A stretch of 63,599 nt of DNA from a virus, in the IMG/VR virus record IMGVR_UViG_3300045988_069679, positions 1 through 63,599 of that record, one strand, 5' to 3'. The translations under genes were made by a program, and so were the position numbers. The number at the start of each line of letters is the position of its first letter. Positions within the stretch are counted from its first letter, which is position 1. The notes beneath the pieces are model-generated. The model was not told where the DNA came from and did not search any database. It saw only the letters and a list, made by a program, of their open reading frames with translations. Of the stretch, positions 44,783 through 52,372 are shown in pieces.

Positions 44783-45172
44783 ATGAATGAAGATATTGAA
44801 AACCCTAAACGGTATACTCACACAAAGCTGGAGTGTTGGGATTTCTGGGTAAAAGCTGGACTTGACCCTTTAATTGCTTCTGCTGTGAAGTATGTATGGA
44901 GATACAAACACAAGAATGGGTTAGAAGACCTTAATAAAGCTAAGGTATTCTTAAGAAAAGCTATTGAGGAAGTACACAAAACTGAACTCTACCATTCATA
45001 TAAGTTTTATTTATTACCTCACAGTGAAGTAGAAGACCTATCTGATAAACAGTATAAATTTATGCTGAATGCAACAGGTACTACTGGTAACACTCATTAT
45101 GTTTATCACTGTGAACAAATGATTGATTTGGTAGATGAAATGATAAAGGAGTATGAATCAAACAATGACTAA
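44783..45172 (+). CDS. DUF3310-like protein
   Basis: ECWDFWVKAGLDPLIASAVKYVWRYKHKNGLEDLNKAKVFL resembles the DUF3310 signature (..KYl.R...K....DL.KA..Y) from memory. Confidence 0.5.
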   Translation: MNEDIENPKRYTHTKLECWDFWVKAGLDPLIASAVKYVWRYKHKNGLEDLNKAKVFLRKAIEEVHKTELYHSYKFYLLPHSEVEDLSDKQYKFMLNATGTTGNTHYVYHCEQMIDLVDEMIKEYESNND

Positions 45173-45683
45173 GATTGAATTAGCTCTTGTGATTATTGTA
45201 GCTGTGTATTTTGGATTGAATTTCTTTGTACACCTATATGAACTGCTACATAATTTCAAAGTAATTAAACTAAAAGCAATAAATGAAGGTGTAAACCATA
45301 TTCACAATATTTCAGTTGGAGATTGGATTGACCTTGCATCTAATGCAAAAGTAAACTATAAAGCTGGTGACACAGTAGTGATTTACTTTGGTGTGGCTAT
45401 GGAATTACCTAAAGGGTATGAAGCACACCTATTGCCACGCTCAAGCACTTTCCAGAACACTGGTCTATTACTCACAAATAGTATGGGTATCATTGATAAC
45501 TCTTTCTGTGGAGATAATGACTTTTGGAGTGCTAAATTCTATGCAACTAGAGATGGGAGCATTGATAAGGGACAACGTGTGTGTCAGTTCAGAATTATGA
45601 AGAACCAACCTGAGTTACATTTCAAGGAAGTAATGAGCCTTGGCAATGCTGACCGTGGTGGATATGGTTCAACCGGAAAGTAG
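45165..45683 (+). CDS. dut: Trimeric dUTPase (YosS/YncF-like) with an N-terminal hydrophobic extension
   Basis: GDWIDL, AMELPKGYEAHLLPRSS, GIIDNSFCGDND, RVCQFRIM, RGGYGSTGK. The N-terminus IELALVIIVAVYFGLNFFV is in frame, with no internal start before the catalytic core. Confidence 0.85.
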   Translation: MTKIELALVIIVAVYFGLNFFVHLYELLHNFKVIKLKAINEGVNHIHNISVGDWIDLASNAKVNYKAGDTVVIYFGVAMELPKGYEAHLLPRSSTFQNTGLLLTNSMGIIDNSFCGDNDFWSAKFYATRDGSIDKGQRVCQFRIMKNQPELHFKEVMSLGNADRGGYGSTGK

Positions 45684-45689
45684 GAAAGA

Positions 45690-46433
45690 ATGAAGCTAAA
45701 AAAACTTAATAAAATCAAGTTGCACACAATGACTGTGTTCTATGGTTTACCTGGTTCTGGAAAGTCAAGCTTTATCAACTCACTACCTGGTAGTGTATTG
45801 ATTATTGATACTGACCGTGGACTAGCTTCTGTGGAACAAGATGACCGTTTCTCTGTAGCTGAGTGTGCTAGTTGGTCTGACGTAATTGAAGCTCTTAGCT
45901 ATGCTAAAGACTTTGATAGTATCGCTGTAGACCACTTAACAAACGTTCAAGAGCTTTGCTACAAGGACATTATGGAATCTAATAATATCAAGAAAATGCT
46001 TATTAACCACTATGGTGAAGCATCTACTCGCTTAAAAGCCTTTATTGATGAGCTTGTGGACTTATCTTATCAAGGTAAGAATGTGTATGTAATTGCACAA
46101 GAAAAGAACTTGAACATTGAAGATGTAGTAGATGAGAATGTACCAGCACAGACTGTACCTAACCTTATGGATAGTGTGGCTAAGTACATTACAGCATCAT
46201 CTCGTATCATTGGTCATACAGAACGTGTGACTAAATCTAAGATTGTTAAGGGAGAGAAAAAGGTTAAGGACTTCTACCAAGTACGTCTTGCAGGAAATCC
46301 TATCTATACCCTTAAGGTAACTCGTAAGCCTGGTCTTACAATCCCTGACACAATGGTTAACCCTACATGGGAAGCTGTTGTAGGATTGACTGATGGTAGC
46401 ACACAAGAAAAAACGAAAGAGGTTAAAGAATAA
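45690..46433 (+). CDS. Sak4-like / AAA_24 RecA-fold ATPase (recombination)
   Basis: FYGLPGSGKSS Walker A, VLIIDTD; paired with a downstream SSB-like gene, as is usual in Gram-positive phages. Confidence 0.65.
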   Translation: MKLKKLNKIKLHTMTVFYGLPGSGKSSFINSLPGSVLIIDTDRGLASVEQDDRFSVAECASWSDVIEALSYAKDFDSIAVDHLTNVQELCYKDIMESNNIKKMLINHYGEASTRLKAFIDELVDLSYQGKNVYVIAQEKNLNIEDVVDENVPAQTVPNLMDSVAKYITASSRIIGHTERVTKSKIVKGEKKVKDFYQVRLAGNPIYTLKVTRKPGLTIPDTMVNPTWEAVVGLTDGSTQEKTKEVKE

Positions 46434-46849
46434 TGTCAATTATTACTGTACAAGCAACTAAAAGAGAAGATTTTGCCTATGAACCTGGCAGATATGAAGC
46501 AGTTATTCAAGGTGTAGAGCAGACTGTATCACGTTCACAGATTGATATGGTCAAAGTAACACTTAAAGGTGACTTTGGTAAAAACGCTCCTCACACAATC
46601 ACTTCATTCATGTTGGATAACAAGATTGGACGTGAGCAACTTTACAGCCTACTCTCAGCATTAGGTATGCAAGATGAAGAAGCTGTAGATACTGATGACC
46701 TTCAAGGTAAATATGTAGGTATTGTTATTAAAGAAGGTCAACCTTACAATGACAAACCTTCATGGAACGTTGTAGACTTCTTCCCTCTTGATGAAGATGA
46801 TTCTGATGACGTAGATGTTGACACAGACGATTGGTCTGATGCAGAGTAA
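46433..46849 (+). CDS. SSB-like (DUF669-type) protein with an acidic C-terminal tail
   Basis: TAATG coupling to the Sak4-like gene; C-terminus DEDDSDDVDVDTDDWSDAE. Confidence 0.5.
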   Translation: MSIITVQATKREDFAYEPGRYEAVIQGVEQTVSRSQIDMVKVTLKGDFGKNAPHTITSFMLDNKIGREQLYSLLSALGMQDEEAVDTDDLQGKYVGIVIKEGQPYNDKPSWNVVDFFPLDEDDSDDVDVDTDDWSDAE

Positions 46850-46863
46850 TTAACCCAATGGGT

Positions 46864-47024
46864 GAGTGACTAACCAACTAAACTAAATCAAAAGAAAGAT
46901 TTAATTTCTAATTAACACCTAGTCACTCCTCTCATAGAGCTGGTAGGATACACTCCTTAATTTGTTAGATTTTCTTACATTTTTACTGACGTTTTCCTTA
47001 AGCCATTAGCAGATTACCTACCAG
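46864..47024 (+). other. Structured non-coding segment: two long-range inverted repeats, GAGTGACTA/TAGTCACTC (46864-72 / 46920-28) and CTGGTAGG/CCTACCAG (46940-47 / 47017-24)
   Basis: Read directly; no ORF on either strand. Confidence 0.6.
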
Positions 47025-47027
47025 TTC

Positions 47028-47057
47028 CATGAGGGGAAGCCCTCGTCATGATTTTTA
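47028..47057 (+). terminator. Intrinsic terminator
   Basis: CATGAGGGG-aa-GCCCTCGTCATG followed by ATTTTT. Confidence 0.65.
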
Positions 47058-47280
47058 CTCCTAATATTAATTCTAGCGTGGAAGGATTTTCCTTCCTAAA
47101 TGCACACAATTATTTATGGTATCCTCTGTCTCCTGTTTTTTAAAAATGATTGTCATAAATAATAAATTATCAAAAGATTGAATAGCACTCTCAGGGTAAG
47201 TTTCAAATTCATAGTCAAATTCCAATACAGAACGCTTTCGCTTTATAGTAATTGAATTGTGTGCATCTAGGAGGGTAAAT

Positions 47281-48183
47281 ATGTCAATAACATTAGATGG
47301 TCTTAAAGAGTATGTACTCAAGAGACGTGATGCCTTTGAATACAAGTATGATTTGAATGGCATGAAAAGAAACCCCTTGTACCGTAAGCACTATCCAAAC
47401 AACCTTAAATACTTAGATAAAACTTCACAGATTCTAATTAGGACAATGAACAATCACCCTGTACCTATTAGAGAGAAACTACTTACTGTGCTAGTGTATC
47501 GCTTTGTGGGTGATAAGGACTTTGTGAGAAGACATACGAATAAGCAAGGTATGATAACACTCAAAGAGCTAAATATTTTAGCTAAGAAGTTAGATAATGA
47601 GAAGACTAGACTAGTACACAGATATGCAACACCACTTAGCAAAAGAGGAATCACAGGGCTAAGTAGAGGGGAGTTCTTACTCGCTGTGGCTTGTGACTTC
47701 TTAGACAAACTTCCTAAAGATAACTTCTATAAGTGGAAGACCTCAGAGATTGCTAGACAGTTCATTGAGTTTGAGAATGTTTATGGAATAAGTTATACTA
47801 TGGCTTATCAGTTAGCTTCTGATATAAGTTATATCAATGAGCTGTGTGTTAAGATTGACTTTATAAAGGCTGTACCTGAGAGAGCTAGAGAAATGTTCTC
47901 ATACATTACAGGTCAACCTTATAGACTAGAACGCTATGAGCAGTTCACTTATGAGTTTATGGATTGGTATGCAGAGCAAGATTTCTTAGAGAATAAAGAA
48001 AGACTTGTGTTACCTCATGATGTTACACAAATGTTGTTAGGGTATAGGCTCTATACTTTTGGAGGAGCACTTATAACTAGACACAGAATAGAACGTAAGC
48101 CTAGAAGAATTACAGGTGGTATTGTTATATCAAGGAGTATGTATGAGTATTATAAAGAAGGTGTGGATTCTAAAGAGAATTGA
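47281..48183 (+). CDS. Protein of unknown function (300 aa); weak, memory-based resemblance to DNA base hypermodification (aGPT-Pplase-type) enzymes
   Basis: AGGAGGG RBS 5 nt before the ATG at 47281. Motifs YPNNLKYLDKTS and YTMAYQLASDISY. Confidence 0.7.
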   Translation: MSITLDGLKEYVLKRRDAFEYKYDLNGMKRNPLYRKHYPNNLKYLDKTSQILIRTMNNHPVPIREKLLTVLVYRFVGDKDFVRRHTNKQGMITLKELNILAKKLDNEKTRLVHRYATPLSKRGITGLSRGEFLLAVACDFLDKLPKDNFYKWKTSEIARQFIEFENVYGISYTMAYQLASDISYINELCVKIDFIKAVPERAREMFSYITGQPYRLERYEQFTYEFMDWYAEQDFLENKERLVLPHDVTQMLLGYRLYTFGGALITRHRIERKPRRITGGIVISRSMYEYYKEGVDSKEN

Positions 48184-48370
48184 TGAGTTAGGTAACTGCT
48201 ACCACACATTAGAAATTAGTAGTTATGTCACACGGAACAAATTCATTAGAGAATGGATTGGAGATGAGACTGTGTACACAAGAACTAAAGAGGGTGATGT
48301 AGATATTATCCTCAAGCGTAATGGAGAGGAGCTGTGGTACTATGAAGACTACCCAGAATCTTACCGCTGA
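48143..48370 (+). CDS. Hypothetical small protein (75 aa)
   Basis: AAGGAG RBS before the ATG at 48143. Confidence 0.55.
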   Translation: MSIIKKVWILKRIDELGNCYHTLEISSYVTRNKFIREWIGDETVYTRTKEGDVDIILKRNGEELWYYEDYPESYR

Positions 48371-48614
48371 TGAAGCATCAGACAAGTATATAGAGCTTGA
48401 GAAGTTGTATAAAGAGGTTGGTAAGGAAATAAAGGATACTCTTGACCACAGAAAGCTTAAGAAGCTCAGACGTAAACGTAAGCTCATTAGAGCTGAACAG
48501 AACATGCTTTACCCTTATATGGTCAACACAGGTTATGTAGCTTACACAGAGCATGTACTAGGTCTAAAGGGTAATCAAGCCCTATATGGTAGATATATAA
48601 GAGGTAAGAAATGA
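48342..48614 (+). CDS. Hypothetical small basic protein (90 aa)
   Basis: ORF track 48321..48614; GGAGAGGAG upstream of the ATG at 48342. Confidence 0.55.
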   Translation: MKTTQNLTADEASDKYIELEKLYKEVGKEIKDTLDHRKLKKLRRKRKLIRAEQNMLYPYMVNTGYVAYTEHVLGLKGNQALYGRYIRGKK

Positions 48615-48898
48615 TAGACTTAGAAATTTTAAGAAGAAAGGCTAAAAAGGGTATCTGGTTTCCTAAACAGACTCCACGGTGGGTTGAGTTGTTTGGTGTG
48701 AGATGCCTAGCCATAGGATTCTATAGAGGTAATGAGAGACGTGTACTCTTTATTGCTGAGAAGCCTACACCAAAGTTTCATAGTGGTCATAAGATTTTTA
48801 GGTTTATCTTATCTCTAGAAGCTAGATGCTATGAGTTACCATTCACAGGACAAGTAGACTTAGGTACAGAGATGTTCCCTAAAGGGTTTTATGTATAG
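48611..48898 (+). CDS. Array-2 paralogue a (95 aa; VLFIAE...FHSGH; ends KGFYV)
   Basis: ORF track; ATGA coupling. Confidence 0.7.
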   Translation: MIDLEILRRKAKKGIWFPKQTPRWVELFGVRCLAIGFYRGNERRVLFIAEKPTPKFHSGHKIFRFILSLEARCYELPFTGQVDLGTEMFPKGFYV

Positions 48899-48907
48899 GA
48901 GTGTATC

Positions 48908-49213
48908 ATGGAAACGCTAAATGAATTAATGAAAATCATAGATGAAAACTTAGATGATTGTTTTTGGACAGCTAAGAATCCTAAAAGGTGTGTACTCAAT
49001 AAGTATTATGGTTTATGGAATATACCTGGGTATGTTGTTGAAATTTTTGATAGAAGTTTTGATATGGAGTTGTTATTCATAGCTGATATACCAGATAGTA
49101 CAATGTTTCATCATGGCTCTCATATTTTTGATACAAGGTGCTTTAAAGATAGATGCTTGTGGATAGACTATAAAGATATAACTATAATAAAAATAGAGGG
49201 ATTCTATATATGA
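48908..49213 (+). CDS. Array-2 paralogue b (101 aa; LLFIAD...FHHGSH; ends EGFYI)
   Basis: ORF track; AGGAG RBS. Confidence 0.7.
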   Translation: METLNELMKIIDENLDDCFWTAKNPKRCVLNKYYGLWNIPGYVVEIFDRSFDMELLFIADIPDSTMFHHGSHIFDTRCFKDRCLWIDYKDITIIKIEGFYI

Positions 49214-49503
49214 CAGTTATGACTAGACAAAGAGCTTTAACTGTGCTGACTGATGACTTATTTATTGGAGAATTTGTCCATTTTAAGTCACCATGCTTTA
49301 GAGCCTTAAATATTAGAGATGGAGTGAAGGGTTATGCTAGAAAGTTACACCCAAAAGGCTACCTATTCATAGCTGATGAGAGACAAAAGAAACAAATGTA
49401 TGGCTATGGTTTTATACTTGAAAGGAGTGAACTATTAGCTAGACGTTGTTTATTATTAGAAGATGGAGCTGTTAGAATCATAGAGAAAGGACTATGGATA
49501 TGA
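49210..49503 (+). CDS. Array-2 paralogue c (97 aa; YLFIAD; ends KGLWI)
   Basis: ORF track; ATGA coupling. Confidence 0.7.
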   Translation: MTVMTRQRALTVLTDDLFIGEFVHFKSPCFRALNIRDGVKGYARKLHPKGYLFIADERQKKQMYGYGFILERSELLARRCLLLEDGAVRIIEKGLWI

Positions 49504-49805
49504 CAAATGTAGAAAGAGTAGTAAAAGCTATTGAAAATAGAGGGTTTACCATTACTCATTACCCTTGTAGGGCATCTATAGAGATATATGAAGCTGATTT
49601 TAAACGTTTTGAAGGTAATGTGGTAGAACTTGAAAATGCTACGTCTAGAACTTCACTTAAATATACTCTATTTATATCTGATGAGGAAGACCATGTCCAA
49701 TTCCACAATGGGTTCTCCTTGATTAGTGACGATAGTATGCCAGACGTATTATGGTTTAAAGAAACTGCTGATAAAATTACTAGACTTGAAGGATTTTATA
49801 TTTAA
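49500..49805 (+). CDS. Array-2 paralogue d (101 aa; TLFISD...FHNG; ends EGFYI)
   Basis: ORF track 49494..49805. The second ATG (ATGA overlap, better SD spacing) is preferred. Confidence 0.65.
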   Translation: MTNVERVVKAIENRGFTITHYPCRASIEIYEADFKRFEGNVVELENATSRTSLKYTLFISDEEDHVQFHNGFSLISDDSMPDVLWFKETADKITRLEGFYI

Positions 49806-49815
49806 GGAGATAGGT

Positions 49816-50109
49816 ATGGAAAAACACCAAGAGGAGTATATAAAATTGCTAGATGATAAGTTTAATATAGCTGGTGAACCTAGAATAGCTACATATAATA
49901 GACACAGACATACTATTGAGAGTGGTATTGCAGTAGAGATAAAAAACTTTGGTGATGGTGTAGTAGTATTCATAGCAGACAATCCAAAAGGATACTTACA
50001 TAAGTTCGCAACAGAGTTGGATAGTGAGCATTTACCTCCTTGTGTATGGCTTACTAGATGGTCTGACAAAGATTTAGAGTTACACCTAGACAAAGGATTC
50101 TTCATATAA
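49816..50109 (+). CDS. Array-2 paralogue e (97 aa; VVFIAD; ends KGFFI)
   Basis: AAGGAG RBS 6 nt before the ATG at 49816. The ORF-track start at 49726 overlaps the previous gene. Confidence 0.7.
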   Translation: MEKHQEEYIKLLDDKFNIAGEPRIATYNRHRHTIESGIAVEIKNFGDGVVVFIADNPKGYLHKFATELDSEHLPPCVWLTRWSDKDLELHLDKGFFI

Positions 50110-50112
50110 AAC

Positions 50113-50140
50113 AAAAAGAGCCAATTAAGGCTCTCTTTTT
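50113..50140. terminator. Bidirectional intrinsic terminator between the convergent early and late blocks
   Basis: AAAAAGAGCC-aattaa-GGCTCTCTTTTT. Confidence 0.8.
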
Positions 50141-50996
50141 ATTTATTCTTTTTATCATCACAGTTACAGTCATCTTTAGGAATCTCTGTGAACTTCAAGC
50201 AGTCAGGTAGGTCTTTACCTTCAATGATAGGAACATACTCAACCTTGAATTGGTGAAGTCTGAACACACCGCTAGCTTGGTTATCAGGTACAACTCTTAC
50301 CTTAATGTATTGACCAGCAGGTACAATGATTGTATCAGACATTTCCATAGCACCATCAGAGATACCAGTCATTTGCCAATGCACAGAGCGCTGTTTAACC
50401 ATATCTGTGGTATAGCTTTCTCCACTGTGGTAGACTACAATCTGAATAGTGTTATCCTCTTGTGGATTCAATGTAGTACCATCAGCACACCAACGTAGGA
50501 ACACACGGTACTGTCTATCTGTGAGCTGTCTACGCTTATCATCATTCTCAAAGTCCACACCAGTAGTAGAATCCATGTAGAGGTCAATGTCATACTCTTT
50601 AGTAATAGGAGCATAGAATGTAGCAGAAGATACAGCAGAGTTACGAGAGTAGTTCGTGTGTACCTTACCCATATCTCCAATAGATGCTACATACTCACCC
50701 ATACACTGTACCATATCCCACAAAGCACAGATATTCTCAATGTAGTGGTTAAGCTGACAAGCTAGTTTCTTAATGAATGATGAGAAGAACTTAGGGTTAT
50801 AGCACTTCTGTGATTCTGCCATACAAGCAAAACGTCCTACACCCTTGTTGTTTTCCTCCACAAGCCTATCACAGTCAGCAATAGGAATGTCTTCACAGTC
50901 ACAGTTATCATACCAGCATCTATCTTTAGGATTCTCATTGTAACTCTTGAAAGATGCTTCATTAAGTCTTGTGTTTTTATTATCTTCGTAAGCCAT
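50139..50996 (-). CDS. Cys-rich adaptor-domain protein (285 aa) with a beta-rich C-terminal domain; last gene of the late block
   Basis: N-terminus DRCWYDNCDCED..CDRL...ACMAESQKC...LACQL..ICALWDMVQC. C-terminus PDCLKF...DDCNCDD. Confidence 0.7.
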   Translation of the reverse strand: MAYEDNKNTRLNEASFKSYNENPKDRCWYDNCDCEDIPIADCDRLVEENNKGVGRFACMAESQKCYNPKFFSSFIKKLACQLNHYIENICALWDMVQCMGEYVASIGDMGKVHTNYSRNSAVSSATFYAPITKEYDIDLYMDSTTGVDFENDDKRRQLTDRQYRVFLRWCADGTTLNPQEDNTIQIVVYHSGESYTTDMVKQRSVHWQMTGISDGAMEMSDTIIVPAGQYIKVRVVPDNQASGVFRLHQFKVEYVPIIEGKDLPDCLKFTEIPKDDCNCDDKKNK

Positions 50997-52372
50997 TAGC
51001 TACCTATCTTTCCTTGTCTCTTCCAATTACCATCTTTACGGATATAGTTACCTCTAACTACTCCAGAGTCAGCAGGTTCTACATACCCAAACCTAGGGTC
51101 TCTAGGAATAACTTGTCCTACTTGCTCCTCATTTATTTCAGTAGAAGCTCTCTCCCAAAGGCTTTTGTGACGTTTAGACATGTGGATATTCTTAGTTACA
51201 AAAGATTTCCATGAGCCACTATTTCTAATAGCCCAAGGTCTAATCTTAGCTACCCTATCATAGAGGATTGTAATGTCTCTAGTCTCAGTAGGCTCTTTTG
51301 GTTTTATAGGGTCTGCATAAGAGAACACCTCACCACGAGAAGCATTACCAAAGAATCCTAACTCAAAGGAATCTCCTACTTTCTCTTTACCTGGGTTATA
51401 GATGATTCTGTTTCCAGGTCTATTACCCAAGGCATTGAAGTTGATTGTACTACCAATACCAGCAAGCATGAATGAACCTCTTGGAATATCAGAAGTACCT
51501 TCATAGTGAGCACCATTAGTATCACCAATACGACCAGAACCCATAAAGGTAAGTCCTGAACCTGGAGGTCTTAATAGCACAGAGTTGCTATCACCAAAAC
51601 CTGCTCTTACACTTTGGTTAAAGTCAATATCGGCTACTGCTGTAGAAGCTAGAATCTTTACTGGTCTATTGGTGTATTTCTCCACAAAAGAGAATGAGAA
51701 GTCTACTGAGTAAACATCATAGAACCATAGACCAATACCAGTACCATCATAAGGAGCTATCCACACACCTGGAGTTGCTCCAGCAAAGCTTACCACCTCA
51801 TAATCATTGATTCTAATAACCAAGTTTAAGGTCTTACCACTTAGTGTATAAGATACCTCAGTAAGCTCGAAGGTCATACCTGGATACATTCTACCAGAAG
51901 AACCTTCTTTACCTGAGTAGTTATACTCTCTGTTACCATGATAGGTAATAGGTCTTGCTAGAAGTTCTGCTTCTTGGTCATTTGTGAAAATCTTTACTGG
52001 GTTAAAGTAGTTATATCCAGAAGAATAAGTGCTATACTCTTCCACACCAGAGATAGAGCCATACTCAAAGTAGTTAGGGTTTCTTCTTAAGCTATCTACC
52101 CTCTCAGCATTTCTCTGTGCTACAGCTAAGCCATTATAGTATTTTCTAAGTAAGTAGTTATAAGATTGTACATCTTGTCTACTATTATAGTCACTCTCAG
52201 AAGGTGTTCTCTTTTGAGTCTCATACAACTCCCTAGCAGTATAGCCTTGGAAGGTCTTCTGTGTCTCAGTAATTGCTGTACTAAACTCATCATAACCAAC
52301 AGTCACAGGAGAAGCTAAGTCTTGTCCTGTTTGGGCATCTTTATAATAGATATTATAATTAAACTTAGCCAT
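50996..52372 (-). CDS. Adhesin/lectin-like receptor-binding candidate (458 aa); paralogue of the C-terminal domain of 55534..56829
   Basis: N-terminus NYNIYYKDAQTGQDLASPVTVGY is MucBP-like. Shared motifs ADIDFNQS, PRGSFMLAGIGSTINF, FFGNASRGEV. Confidence 0.6.
   Translation of the reverse strand: MAKFNYNIYYKDAQTGQDLASPVTVGYDEFSTAITETQKTFQGYTARELYETQKRTPSESDYNSRQDVQSYNYLLRKYYNGLAVAQRNAERVDSLRRNPNYFEYGSISGVEEYSTYSSGYNYFNPVKIFTNDQEAELLARPITYHGNREYNYSGKEGSSGRMYPGMTFELTEVSYTLSGKTLNLVIRINDYEVVSFAGATPGVWIAPYDGTGIGLWFYDVYSVDFSFSFVEKYTNRPVKILASTAVADIDFNQSVRAGFGDSNSVLLRPPGSGLTFMGSGRIGDTNGAHYEGTSDIPRGSFMLAGIGSTINFNALGNRPGNRIIYNPGKEKVGDSFELGFFGNASRGEVFSYADPIKPKEPTETRDITILYDRVAKIRPWAIRNSGSWKSFVTKNIHMSKRHKSLWERASTEINEEQVGQVIPRDPRFGYVEPADSGVVRGNYIRKDGNWKRQGKIGS

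Noticed and set aside
47073-47363. Minus-strand ORF of 96 aa
   Set aside because: It is antisense within a plus-strand block and overlaps the SD and first 83 nt of gene 47281..48183. It has no RBS of its own, and the nearby terminator is oriented for the plus strand.
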